This document shows, one piece after another, positions 48,700 to 60,849 of a stretch of DNA of 64,000 bases; position 1 is the first letter of the stretch, and the number at the start of each line of letters is the position of its first letter. The notes under the pieces were generated by a model. That model made no database searches. It saw only the letters and a list, made by a program, of their open reading frames with translations, and was not told the origin of the DNA. The DNA comes from Paecilomyces variotii (taxonomy: Eukaryota), in the NCBI GenBank assembly GCA_004022145.1, contig RCNU01000021.1; one strand, written 5' to 3'. The position numbers and the translations under genes are program-made.

Positions 48700-50436
48700 A
48701 TGATGGGTGATCCAGCCTCCATGTCTGTCAGGCCCAGCGGTGGCCCCAAGCCATCCGGGCCGTCGCTCCTGGCCTGCCTCAGCTGTCGCCAGAAGCATCT
48801 CAAGTGCGATGGAAAGATGCCCATCTGTGGCCGCTGTACGACATCGGGGTCGGAATGTCAGTATACCCCTTCTCGTCGAGGGTACAAGGGACCGTCCAAG
48901 AGGCGTCGCGCAAACCCGTCATCGCCAGACCAGACTTCCGCAGATGCACCCTTTGATCCCGTCATGGATATTCCACACGATTATGGCTTCCAGTCAGGAT
49001 ACGGATTCCCATTGCCCACCACTCTGCCCTCATCCGGATCGGAGAGTGCCGGAAATAATTTCCAGATGGTCCCTCAGCCGACAATGCAGCCCCCCGCGAC
49101 AGTCACCACCACTCCGCTAACACCAGACTCTATCGCATCGCTTAGCGGGGATGGATATCTCGTCGATCTCTTCTATACATACTTCCAACCCGCCCATCCC
49201 ATCCTTCCCCCGCTCCGTCTGCTGTACCGCTATTCCCCGCCTCCGTACCTCGAGCAGGTCCTCAAGTTCATCGGAGCGCATTATACCCCAGCTGCATCCA
49301 GTGAAGTCTACCGGTCCAACGTTGTTTCCAATGTCGTCGACCAGGGCGATACGATTGAGAAGGTCCAAGCCTTGATCCTGCTCACAGTCGTCCTGCATTC
49401 CCGGAACGAGCGGGCGGAAGCAGGAGAATGTCTGGCCAAGGCCGTTGATCTGGCCTTCCGGCTGGGATTGAATCGCAAGGATTTTGCAGAGACCATGAGT
49501 GGAGGCGATCCTGTCCGCGAGGAGAGTCTGCGGCGGACCTGGTGGGAACTCTTCTTTATTGAAGGCATGCTGACCGCTCTGGGAGTGCGGCAAAGCTTCA
49601 CGATGAGTATGGTGCCTTTGGAGGTGCCATTGCCGTGCGAAGAGCAGATCTACCGAGACGGATTGTGCCCCCCTTCTCCGCCTACCGTTTCTCAATTTGA
49701 CGATCGCGTATTCGTCGACGAGGAGGTCGACTTCTCCTCGTTTGCCTACCGGATTGAGGCAATCCGGATCTTAGGACGCGTTGTAGCCATCCAGGAGCTC
49801 ACCGAAGGCCAGCAGGACCAGGTGGAGGCCGTTGATGCGCGAATCGCCAGCTGGTATCACAATCTGCCCGAGTCGAAAACAGAACTCATGCGCCCTGATG
49901 GCGGCGTGGATGAAATGATGTTCCAGGCACGCATGGTCGTCAACGGCGCCGCCATCTTCCTGCACTTCCCCCGTTCTGATCTGCTCTCTTCACCTGCTGT
50001 GGCGGCGTCAGTCATCTGTGGTCATTCGGGAACCGTCCTGGTGCCAATTTTTTCACACCACACACATGCCATGAAAGCGATCAAGTCCGCCAGTGAGATC
50101 TCTAACTTGGCTGCCACACGATTGCCTGTAATCAGGCACACCCCCTTCTTTATATGTGCCCTGGTCCTCAGCTCTATTGTCCAGCTCGCAGGCTATTCCG
50201 TGAAGGCGGGACAAATGCCTGATCCTCGCCGCGACCGGTTGACTCTGACCATTGGGGTCTTCAAGTCCCTTGGTCGCACCTGGGCCATCTCGCAGACTAT
50301 CATGCGGCAGATCAAGGTTGTTGCGAGAGACGTTCTGGATATTGGTCTGCGGCCGGCGGCTGAGCAACATGAGCTTGATTTCACCGCATTCCTCGAAGGA
50401 AGCCAGTTCTGGCTGCAGGATGCACCCGCCAGTTGA
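48700..50436 (+). CDS. Zn(II)2Cys6 transcription factor with fungal-specific TF domain
   Basis: ACLSCRQKHLKCDGKMPICGRCTTSGSECQY; YFQPAHPIL and EESLRRTWWELF middle-homology motifs. Confidence 0.92.
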   Translation: MMGDPASMSVRPSGGPKPSGPSLLACLSCRQKHLKCDGKMPICGRCTTSGSECQYTPSRRGYKGPSKRRRANPSSPDQTSADAPFDPVMDIPHDYGFQSGYGFPLPTTLPSSGSESAGNNFQMVPQPTMQPPATVTTTPLTPDSIASLSGDGYLVDLFYTYFQPAHPILPPLRLLYRYSPPPYLEQVLKFIGAHYTPAASSEVYRSNVVSNVVDQGDTIEKVQALILLTVVLHSRNERAEAGECLAKAVDLAFRLGLNRKDFAETMSGGDPVREESLRRTWWELFFIEGMLTALGVRQSFTMSMVPLEVPLPCEEQIYRDGLCPPSPPTVSQFDDRVFVDEEVDFSSFAYRIEAIRILGRVVAIQELTEGQQDQVEAVDARIASWYHNLPESKTELMRPDGGVDEMMFQARMVVNGAAIFLHFPRSDLLSSPAVAASVICGHSGTVLVPIFSHHTHAMKAIKSASEISNLAATRLPVIRHTPFFICALVLSSIVQLAGYSVKAGQMPDPRRDRLTLTIGVFKSLGRTWAISQTIMRQIKVVARDVLDIGLRPAAEQHELDFTAFLEGSQFWLQDAPAS

Positions 50437-52072
50437 TTCTGCAGTGCATCCCGGTGAAGGCCGCGAGCTGTGCTGCCGTGCGATCGATAGAGCGGCCCAA
50501 TATCACCTCTGTTGGCACTTTGGAGCTATTTTGTCTGACCCGTGGATCGATGATTGACCGTCTCTGGTGCCGTGCGGAGACGGGACTGTAATCTTCAGCT
50601 GGCTCTCAACAGCAGTTCCCACGACAAAGGATGATCCTTGCTTTTTAGACCCAGAGGTATTCCCTGAGGTCTTTCAAGCAGTCACTTCCTCGAGTCGATG
50701 TCGAACCTTCCGACGTAACCAGCTTACTTCCTTCACAGCCCATCACTTCGCCACGGGCAGATCTGCAACATGGATGCTTGAATCTCTGCAAGCCTGTCTC
50801 ACGCTGTGGCCTTATGTCCTGGATATGGCCGCTAAGCGGACCAGCAAGCAACTTGGACTCATATCCCAATGGTTATCCTGGTTCCGAGCACACATCCAAG
50901 GTTGAGCGGGGCGGTAGCACTGAAAGGGAGGCGAGCCTAAGTCTCTGCGCACTTCACGTGGTTGAGTCTCTAGTTTCGGTTGATTTAACGAGCAGAGGCT
51001 TGATGTGTCTCAAATGCCTGTAACCCGGGCGAAGATATGTGTCGCCCAGTATCCGTGGCCCCTATGGCGCAGATTTCGTTGCGTCTGTGGAGTTGGTTGT
51101 TCTTCGTAATAGAATCAGATTTTCAGCTTCGACATTCAACTGCTGGTCTGAATATCCGTGCTTCAGGTATCTCGTAGGCTCCTCTCAGGAAGCATTAACG
51201 GTAGACTGTAGCTTTCACACTGATGACTGTCCCAATGTCGCTTGTTCAAGAAAATGAGCAAGCCTTCCTTTTCTGCTGTGTATCGGCCATGACCGCGGTG
51301 AGGGGTTCTGAACGTCGAATGGACCCGTTGTCGACAAGTTACGGTGTAGGTTCGAAAGCCATCGTAGTAAACAGGAAGGCAACAACCGCAGAGAGGACTC
51401 TATTCAGGATCATTCGATCCAAGCACCGAATCAGTAACACAACCAACGCAAGCACTTGCCCGAGGAGACAGAAAGGACTGAGCCAACAACATCATCTTCC
51501 CAGCGGAACTCAAACCAGCCTCACGTAATATGACAACGTACCACAACCCAGCCCAGGATGATGTCGTGAAGTGAAATAAAGCGGTGAATCTCCCAGGAAA
51601 GTCGAAAACTTCCATTTCTCCACGGTTATTTGGCAAAGTAAAACGTCTTGTCTCATCACACGGCACATTAACCGGCCTGTGCGCGGTAGATCAGTGTGTA
51701 CAGAGACTGAGAAGAGAAAGTTGTAAAAGCAAGAAGCAAAAAAAACCCCCCAACATACAGTCAACAATCTAAATCCAAGACGAACGGGGTATGCTCGTCG
51801 GGGAAGTTGAAGCCAGGAACATGAAATACAAATCGACTAAATAAGTAAGCTTCTAAGAACCGCTCGCCGTTTACTTAGGGGACCATGTGGACCATACGAA
51901 ACCGCAAAGAAAAGCAAAAAAAGTCACCGAAGGAGAGCGTATTGGCTAGATTTCAAAGGATTTGTTTTCTCCACCCCCGTAATCTAGTCTTGGAATAATT
52001 CGGAATAGTTATCTAAGTTGTTCTTTGTTGGGGAACTCGGAGACTTTCTTTGGTATCTGGTGTTACATAATC

Positions 52073-52073
52073 G

Positions 52074-52104
<31 letters not shown>
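52073..52104 (+). repeat. (GTT)n microsatellite
   Basis: About 10 tandem GTT units. Confidence 0.85.
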
Positions 52105-52105
<1 letters not shown>

Positions 52106-53220
52106 AACACTATCGGGGACCATGAGAGGTTTGATTAATGGTTCTTTTTTTTTTGGTCTTCTCTGAAGATGGATGATCTGGGAATTTGAAATAACTACCC
52201 TAGGGTCACTATGGGTATTATCTAACATATCTCTTAACTTACCCTCCGTATCTTTCTGATCACTAATGAGAGATGTATATATAACTTAAAACAGCGCCTA
52301 ATCAACTAGTACCAAAAACCACAGAACAGACTATTCTGACAACACCAAAAAAAAGATCAAGAAAGAATCCCTGTCAAAATAGCCATTCGCGGGAGTCTAG
52401 AACTGAAGGAATGTGTAAATGGTCCCCGAGTGGTTTTCCTCCGGAGCAGACTCGCTTCTCGGGGACCATTTGTTTTATCTCGTTATCGATTCTTCGTCGG
52501 CGATGCCGTATGGGCATACATACGTGCACGCATGCATGTATGCCTAACCATAGTGATGTGGCTGCTGGGGATTATGTGCATGTATAGTTGTGATATCATG
52601 GGGAAAAGTGCATTGAGTTACTGCGTGGTTTGGGAGAGAATATATCAAGAATCAGCATGCCAAAGATCAGGACTACTACCAGACGAATACGTCCAAGACT
52701 CTCAGTAACTACGTTCATCTCGCTCGTGATTGAGCTTCTACATTAGTTTCATAGAACAGCTTGTCGCTTCTGCTCCACACTTTGTTGGAATAAACCACAT
52801 GAATCACCCCCGAAGGATTATAATCATATTGCCCGGACTACTTGGCCATGCCATTGGTTAATGCTTCTATTTGTAGAGGTAGCCCCGAGATATTTCGTGT
52901 CTAGATTGATATTCAGCAGATGGGCTATGCTATGCATTGCTTGGTATCGCTTCCATGGAGGCCAGAAAAGACAAAGATAGGAAAACCAGACGAAATCTAT
53001 ATGGCTTAAAAGGAGTGGGTATCTCGATGATGCTTGGTTTTTCTTTAATGGTCCCGCCAAAAAAACAAGAAGAAAAAGGTTGAAATCCAAATCAGCCCCC
53101 GAACCGCCTTTGCTGTGATATGAACCCATGTGCCTGATGATACGTTCACGAAAAACGAAAAAAAGAAAAGATTGAAACAGAAGCAGACTCGAGCTGCTGC
53201 GTAAGTGATCCCATCGTTGT

Positions 53221-56200
53221 TCACTTGGTTGCTGCAGTATTCTCGCCATCTTGACGTTCATCGCGACGATCTTCGCCTTGCATTTCCCGCAATGCGATGG
53301 CCCTCCTCGCGACCACATCTTCCCGACGAACCACGTTCCGCAATGCTTCACTGGCTTGGATAAGTCCGTCAATGCTGATGGCATGGTTGGTCATCTGGTG
53401 GTTGATGTACGTGTATAGTGCCGCAGGAGTCGAACATGTCGTCAAGAGCTGCTGCTCGTTGAGCTTGAGCAATGCTAGCGCGACTTGGAAGAGGAACGTG
53501 CTGCCACCGCCACTCCCGGCCATTGCTTCTTCCTCTGCCGTGAGAGGCGTTTTTGCACCAGTAGACGTGCCATCACGGCCGTTACCGGAAGTTGCACCGT
53601 TGACAGTACTCGTAACGTTCAGGCAAAGCACGACATCCCAGACACGGTACAAAGCTTCCGCTGAAAGGCAATCCGTGAAGACAGAGAGGAACCATTGGAA
53701 TGTGAGAGCTTCAATCTCGACCCCCAGGTCGTCCAGATGCGTAGACAGCTTGGGCAGGACCTCTGCGATGTACTGCCGTAGGACCTGTTGATCCGCCCGC
53801 GACGCGAGTAGCCCGTGATCGTAGTAATGCTGCGGCAGTATATTCTCAATCATTGAAGCCAGGATCCAAAAAGCATCTTCAGCCGTAGGCATAACCAAAA
53901 GTAGAGACGCGGCAATCAAGTTCATGCCTTGACAGTAGCCTACTTCTGAATTGCGACGTGAATATGCCAGCAGGACTTCCTTCAACTTCGCCACACCCGG
54001 GCCTCTGCGGAAAAAGACGTTGTCGGTCAAAGTTCGATGGATGTCCATCTCAATCTGAGCAACTACAGACGGGTCGGAATCTCCGCAGCCGACGCCCTTG
54101 ACGAGTTCTTCATAGTAGCCAGGAACACGCATAGCGGACGCGCCGCTACACTCCGACCACACTTTCGCGCGAAGCGCCACGGGGATACCACCCAGGACCA
54201 ACGATCTGAATTCACGCCACTTTGCCCGGCCAACTTTGCCCTTGTTTCCCAGCCCTGAAATGCCCACTAGCTCACCATCTGCCAGTGCTGCTTCAGGCAT
54301 ATGCAATGACATACTGCCACGGTCAGAAGCGCCTGCTGCTGCTGCCGCTTCCCCTTCCCGTCTGCGCTCGGCACGGACTTTGCGCAGGAATTCGTTCCAC
54401 TTCGCCGTACGTTCACGCTGCAGGGAATCGTGAAGGTCAGTGAGTTGCTCGAGAAGCAATTTGACCGGTTCCGGTTCGTTGACCGTGACTCTAGCCGTCA
54501 CAGCCGGTGTGTCGTTGCCGGAACGACCAGCAAATTCGGGGCTGTCAGCTACGACGGTTGATGTGGTTGCAGATGGCTGAGAACTCGAGTTCACTGCGAC
54601 GGCGCCACCTTTATCCACAGCGACAGAATGGCCGCGTTGCTTTGTTTCGCTGGGCATGGTGAGTGAGATGATAGGTCCCGCGGATGGGGTATGAGAAAGT
54701 AGCTCTGTCGGCTTAGTCGCAATGCGCAGATAATCCTGCCATCTCTTCGTGCTCGAGGCCTCTTCGGGGTCCTCCGCTGTCATGTGCGGCAGCTGAGCTC
54801 CTCCTGCCATTTCCAAAGGCGTCTGCGAGTCATCGTCATCATCGTCGTTGTTCTCTGACCGATCGCTGCGGAAACTGCTGATGGTCTCCGCCATACTAAC
54901 TCGGCTAGAGTCGTTTCTCACGATGGCGGCTTCCCTTTGTCTCTTTTTCCGTCTCTGGTCGTATATGAATCCGAATCTGTCCGTAAGCAGGTCTCCGGCT
55001 TGATAGTTATTGTAGGTATAGTTGAGAGTCGGAGGTCGAGACTCCAGTGGTAGAATAGCATCCATTTCCACGGGTCCGAGATTGGTAGCATGTCTGACAG
55101 AGTCCTCTGCGATCGTGCCTTGGGAGATGCTTCCTGCCGCCTGTCTTCGTCCCGCCGAAGGGTTCACTTTAACAGTGCCTCCTGAGCCATTCCCGCTGTT
55201 ATGGATGCCGGTATTGCTGTTAATGCGTTTCAAGGAGGCCACCGCTGATATGGCTCCCTTGGAACCTGCGGAGAATGTGGACGAAGTGGTTCTATTCCTG
55301 TCTTGACCGGATGTATTTTTCGTTCGAGCCGTATCCGTACCATTGTTGTCCTTATTGGCCTGAGAGTTTCCAGCAAAGAGCTTCACCGTCCAAGCGGTCA
55401 ACGACCTCGAGGACTTTCGCGAGTTGATGCTGACATCGTCGCCATTACTGATCCGCGAAGGAAGCTTTCCATTAGCTGCCGAAGTCGTCCCTGCTCGGCC
55501 CCCTGGAGGTTGGAACAGCTGTTCATCGAGTGCTTTTCGGCGTGCAGATGAGCGGCTTGGGATCCGCGGATGATCCTCTTCGGCTTCGCCGACGTCACTC
55601 ATCACACTGCTCGCTCTGCTTGTTTTCCGACTCGCTGTTGTGCTGCCAAAGATGTAATCCTGCCAACCGCGGACAGATCCTTTGTGATTTACCGAATCAA
55701 TGCTCGAGGTACCAGACCTGGCATCTGTGTCGTTCCGTTGTGCTTTAATCGTCGCCTGGACATGGCCATCATCGTGCCCATTAGCGTCGCCCACTTCGTC
55801 GAGCATGGCCTGGCTCATAAGACCATCAAGGCCAGAAGATGCATCACGGCTCTGCACATCACTATCCACCTCCCGCTTTTGACCCTCAGCCGGATTTTCC
55901 AGCGCATACAGGCGACGTTCAATGTCTTGGTGAGAGACGGAAACTTCCCTGAGCATACGTTTCAGCTCTCGCTCCCGGGCATCAGCGCGCTGGCGGAGCT
56001 TCGAGATTTCCGCATCGCGTAGTGCTAGATCTCGGGCAAACTGTCTCACTAGCTTCACAGCTCCTGTCCGCGCGATTAGTCTCTCGATGTGTGCATCATC
56101 GGCAAGATGTAGTGCTCCTGGGACGTCTGGGACTGTCACGGAATCGTCAAATAAGGCAGTTCGACCGGATACTTCAGGCAGGGACGTAGTCAGGCGCGCC

Positions 56201-56490
56201 AGCGTAGCTTTGCGCCCGCGATGAATATCGTATGCTGCGTCTCCACCGTTCTCTGTAATGACTGCTTTGCTCAAGGATCGGTTGAACGTCGGCTCGCCAC
56301 GGAAACCCTCGGGTGAGCTATCGGGTGAGAGGGAGGGGAAAGAAGTCAGATCGGTCGTTGTAGTATTGGAGGATGCAGAATTCCTCTTGGTCGGTTTAGA
56401 TCGAATCGTCCTAGCCCTTTGGCTCCTGCGAGATGACGACGATGCCTGCGATGAGGAGCGGCGCTGCGCATGAACATCGAGCTCCGCCAT
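53221..56490 (-). CDS. TBC-domain Rab GTPase-activating protein
   Basis: LVLGGIPVALRAKVWS, QIEMDIHRT (R finger), GYCQGMNLIAASLL (Q finger), FQWFLSVF, RVWD; N-terminal coiled coil; TDRFGF motif. Confidence 0.92.
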   Translation of the reverse strand: MAELDVHAQRRSSSQASSSSRRSQRARTIRSKPTKRNSASSNTTTTDLTSFPSLSPDSSPEGFRGEPTFNRSLSKAVITENGGDAAYDIHRGRKATLARLTTSLPEVSGRTALFDDSVTVPDVPGALHLADDAHIERLIARTGAVKLVRQFARDLALRDAEISKLRQRADARERELKRMLREVSVSHQDIERRLYALENPAEGQKREVDSDVQSRDASSGLDGLMSQAMLDEVGDANGHDDGHVQATIKAQRNDTDARSGTSSIDSVNHKGSVRGWQDYIFGSTTASRKTSRASSVMSDVGEAEEDHPRIPSRSSARRKALDEQLFQPPGGRAGTTSAANGKLPSRISNGDDVSINSRKSSRSLTAWTVKLFAGNSQANKDNNGTDTARTKNTSGQDRNRTTSSTFSAGSKGAISAVASLKRINSNTGIHNSGNGSGGTVKVNPSAGRRQAAGSISQGTIAEDSVRHATNLGPVEMDAILPLESRPPTLNYTYNNYQAGDLLTDRFGFIYDQRRKKRQREAAIVRNDSSRVSMAETISSFRSDRSENNDDDDDDSQTPLEMAGGAQLPHMTAEDPEEASSTKRWQDYLRIATKPTELLSHTPSAGPIISLTMPSETKQRGHSVAVDKGGAVAVNSSSQPSATTSTVVADSPEFAGRSGNDTPAVTARVTVNEPEPVKLLLEQLTDLHDSLQRERTAKWNEFLRKVRAERRREGEAAAAAGASDRGSMSLHMPEAALADGELVGISGLGNKGKVGRAKWREFRSLVLGGIPVALRAKVWSECSGASAMRVPGYYEELVKGVGCGDSDPSVVAQIEMDIHRTLTDNVFFRRGPGVAKLKEVLLAYSRRNSEVGYCQGMNLIAASLLLVMPTAEDAFWILASMIENILPQHYYDHGLLASRADQQVLRQYIAEVLPKLSTHLDDLGVEIEALTFQWFLSVFTDCLSAEALYRVWDVVLCLNVTSTVNGATSGNGRDGTSTGAKTPLTAEEEAMAGSGGGSTFLFQVALALLKLNEQQLLTTCSTPAALYTYINHQMTNHAISIDGLIQASEALRNVVRREDVVARRAIALREMQGEDRRDERQDGENTAATK

Positions 56491-57146
56491 GTCTCCGTTG
56501 GCGGTGTACAGTGCAGACTAACAGCTGAGATGTTATGGGCTTCATGGAAGGCTTCGTAGGGCAAAACAAGAGTCGACAGTTGAGATCGGACCAGACCTGA
56601 GTAGAAGGGAGCAATGCTTTTAAAGGTTGACTGCTCTATTGGGGATAGCACGAGCGTTAAGGGTCCAGCCGCTTTGGGTGTCGTCCTTGCTTTGCCTGGA
56701 ATGGTTGGATGTCGAACTTGGAGGCGCTAAAAGGACGGCAACGACCAGAATCTCCCCGACAAACCAAAAAAGGGGATGGGCGAGGAAGAAGCAAGGTCAA
56801 CGAAAAGAAAGACGGCGACAAGGCATGGAATGTGACGAAGTTCATCGCGACGAGGGATGTTTGATGCGCTGGCTGCCCGTGACGTGGGGTCACGTGTGCT
56901 GACATAAACACTGCTGCTCAGCCTCGGTTCTCCGCAATTGATCGCGATTAACGATGGGGGACTTTGGGGGAGGATGCTGGGTAGAAGCTGACTTCTGTTC
57001 ATAATTTCAGATATTAAGCAGCAGCAGTCTGTCTACTTGTTCTATTACCTGTCATTATCAATTTTCCAGTATCCCGTTAATTGACATTCACAGTCTTTCA
57101 CTGTGCTCAACTACGTTGTTTACTTCTGGCCTTGGTGATAGTCAGC

Positions 57147-58393
57147 ATGACCGCCGTAGCTAAGCGACGTCTTCAGGCGCTCAGCCAGCAGTTAGTTGAG
57201 GGTATCCCTGATGAAGGCACATTTGAGGATATTCCAAGAATTCGCCACGTGGCTGGTGACTCTGTTGGACCGTAAGCACCCTGCTGATGGATGTAAAAAG
57301 GGCCCCAATGGATGTACCAGCTTACTAGATCGCAGGAGGCTGAAGGACAAGGTGGTTATCGTGACTGGTAAGCTTGTGCTTCAATTCTCCGCCAGGTTAC
57401 GGATAGATATCAACTCGAGATAGCTGTTGACTCAACGAGGTTCCCAGAATAAGTGCTGATGCTTGTCTCTCAGGAGTTAACTCCCCCATTGGTATTGGCC
57501 GTGCGAGCGCGCATCAGTTCGCCCATAATGGTGCAAAGGCCGTTTACATCTGCGATTACGACGCTTCCCACTTGGACACGCACAAGAGGGAAATCGAATC
57601 ACTGTATCCAGGTGTTGACGTCCACGTGCGGCAGTTCGACGCTGGCGATGAAGCCTCGGTGAAGGCCGCTGTCGACGAGGCGATCGCACAATATGGCCGG
57701 TTGGACGTCATGTTCGCCAACGCAGGTATCGTTGGTCAGCCAAAGGTCTTCACGGAGATTACGGGAGATGAATTTTTGGATACGCTCAGGACGAATACGG
57801 TAGGGTGCGTATAGTTTCCCGACTCCTATCTTGATTAGAATTTCTTCACATTTCGTTATGTCGAAGGATTGCCTGGCAATGCTCTTTTTTTTCCCTCGCA
57901 ATTTCAATGTGGAGTGATCGCTGAACCCTTTTTAAGTGTATTCTTGGCCGCCAAATATGCCGCCAAAGCCATGCAAATCACTTCTTCGTCGAAGCCTTAT
58001 CCGTCCGGTTCAATTGTCGCGACATCTTCAGTAGCCGGTCTTCGTTCCAATGCGGGCTCCACGGATTATTCCGCATCCAAGGCTGCTGTTGTTTCCATTG
58101 CGCAGACATGTGCGTACCAACTGACTGGCACCGGTGTTCGTATCAACGCCATCTGTCCCGGAGTCATCGAAACGGGAATGACGAAGGCCATGTATGATGC
58201 TGCGCGAGCCAAAGGAACCCAACGCAAGATTGGCCAGCTGAACCCGCTACAACGAGGAGCAGTGGCAGATGAAGTGGCCCGCGTGGCCCTGTTCCTCGCC
58301 AGCGACGAAAGCAGCTATGTAAACGGACAGGCATGGGCAGTCTGTGGTGGTCTAAGTGCGGGACATCCGATGGTCCCAGGCAAGTTGGCATGA
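57147..58393 (+). CDS. Short-chain dehydrogenase/reductase (exons 57147-57271, 57336-57367, 57474-57804, 57937-58393)
   Basis: LKDKVVIVTG....GIG, GRLDVMFANAG, TSSVAG, YSASK, RINAICPG; three canonical introns. Confidence 0.9.
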
Positions 58394-58889
58394 CGTGCCT
58401 CACCAGAATTCATAGTTTGTATATCTCGAGAAAATAAACACAGGATTAGCAATTCGCTTTACGATGCATCAAGGAAAACATTACACCGAGGGAACCGATC
58501 TCTCACACCTTTTTCAGCGCAATTGAAAATTCGTTTATCCAATTCCTCCATCATAATAATACGACGAAGGTATCTGAGGAAACTGCTATACTCATCAGAT
58601 GTTATGTGGCGTCTGAGGGTTCCACGAAACCACACTCTCGTTCCCCGGTACGGCCGTTTAAGTACCATGGTTTTCGAAGAAGCCATACCTCACTTACATG
58701 GACATTGACCTTCTACATCTTCTGCCTAATAGTTATAGTACCAGGATAGCTTGAAACAACCAGACTTACGCTTCTTCCAGAAAAATAGTGATACTATTTC
58801 TGTTGAAACATCCATGGACTGTTTACACGACAATTATGGGACATCAGCTCTATCCAGATTTAGTCAAGTCCCTATGCCTATCAAGGAGG

Positions 58890-58897
58890 TATAAATA
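58890..58897 (+). promoter_or_regulatory. TATA box upstream of small secreted protein gene
   Basis: TATAAATA ~130 bp upstream of ATG 59021, followed by a CA-rich leader. Confidence 0.55.
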
Positions 58898-59020
58898 CAC
58901 CCTTTCCACTAACCTGGATAGCTTTGGATTCTTGTCTAATACATCACGATTCCATCAAACGCAAAACCAGCTTACCGAATCAAAACACAACAAAGTCGCT
59001 AAATCATCAATCAAATCATC

Positions 59021-60011
59021 ATGTCATCAATCAATATCTACATTATTCTATCGATTCTCTCACTTTTCCAAACTGCTCTTTCTTTCCCTGCTCCAACGCG
59101 CGTTTCTATAACCCACGATGTTGTCAGTCACGTCCCCAACGGTAGTTTCCCCACTACCTCACTTTCAATCCTACACGGAACGGAACATGTCAATCTACCC
59201 AGCGTCGAAATTGATGACAAAAGCACTGAGCATCAAGATGGTAAGTCGATTCATCTATTTCATTACTTGCGACAGCTATCAAATAGAACATACATGATTA
59301 TCCAACATTGGAATACTGATTTAATGATCCGACGGAGCCGTGACAAGCTCTATGAGGACAACATAAATCGAAATGAACCATTTATTTATCCACTTGCTCG
59401 ATTTTTCATAAATACATATCAAGAAGGGGATATCATACTTACAACTCGTGTCTGTGTTTAGATGGAATTAGAGCTATGATTCTTCCTAATGCTACGATTA
59501 CGGAACACAAACGAGATGGTGAGGAGCCTCTATCCCGACTTTGGATTGAAAAGCGAAGCTAATAATGATGATAACAGAACCTCCAACAGACAAGCCCGCA
59601 GACGATCCTAGCGCTCAGGATTGGAGAGACAGGATGGTCGAATTTACATGGAGCCATGAGGGTATGGACGTAAGTTAACACCCTCCCCAAATCTTGGCCC
59701 TCCCATAAAAACAAGTGCATCATTCTTACTAGTCCTCGTTCTTATTTTTTTGCCTACAGTTGGACGTCTGGTTCAACAAGATAAGACATTTCGGCAGCGT
59801 CAAGATCAATATCCCACCACAATACCACAAAGAAAAGAGAGGAACAATAGGCCGCGGTTTCAGAATCAGAATGGACTCCTGGAACGATTGGCGTCCTCGT
59901 GGCGAGCTTTATTTCTGGATTGAAGGCGGTCATGAGTTCTGGGTGGGTGGCGACTTTAAGTGGGATGAGAAGCAGATCATCGGAGAGGAAATGAAGATTT
60001 ATGAGTGGTAG
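59021..60011 (+). CDS. Small secreted Trp-rich, Cys-free protein (187 aa; exons 59021-59240, 59578-59669, 59760-60011)
   Basis: Signal peptide MSSINIYIILSILSLFQTALSFP; two GTAAGT..AG introns join three exons in frame, ending ...EEMKIYEW*. Confidence 0.7.
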
Positions 60012-60849
60012 AGATATGGAAGGTCGATGATGGTACTTCCCTCTGAATGCTCTCATTGGTCGAGTATGAAATTCGAAGACGTTCATTTTCTATAGTTCCA
60101 CACTGGCGAAAGATTAGTTTAAGGCGATATTCGTAACTATAGACTTAATGCAATAACTACCTGAAGAGGCGATTAACAATAGCTTTTTCTCTCCGGGCGA
60201 CTTTCACATTATACTCCCGCGGGAATCGATTATAAAAAATATAGGAGACGTATTGTAGGAGAAAGTAAAAGAAAAAGGCTACATTCCCAATCCATTTCAA
60301 TAGGAACTACTACAGCGCCCACTTCCGAATCAATCGGAATGGAGCTGGAGGGGGGACTCAATGAGTAAGCAAAAAGGCAGGCTAGAGAAAAACAAAGGAA
60401 ATATCCCCATTGGACGACGCGAGGTAGGACGGCAAAGAAACAAAAAGGAGGAGGCCTGGCCTGAAGTGCACTGTCGGCCCGGCGACATTGTTGCATTGTA
60501 TCTCTCTCGTATGGTACATGCCAGACCGATACGGAGAGGCGAGGAGGGCTTGAAATTGACAAGACACGGGGTAGGAAAGATTCATACAAAAAGAAAATTC
60601 CAAAACGAACTGGACCGAAACTATCCAATCGGGCCACCAAAAAGGACAATAGCAAAGAACGCGTCCCTCCCGACGAAAGAAGAGAACGATATAAGGGGAA
60701 TATAGAAAATGAATAACGAATCAAACAAAATCAATATCCAAAAGACAGCACCGGTGGATTTCAAGTGTTTCGGTTGAACTGTACTATTCCGCAAGAGCAG
60801 ATATCGTGCATATCATCGAAGCCGAAGCATGGTCGTCTGAGTATATAAC

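Noticed and set aside
50437-53220. 2.8-kb gap between convergent genes as possible ncRNA or hidden gene
   Set aside because: Only short ORFs and simple repeats; no tRNA/rRNA/snRNA signature recognisable by eye
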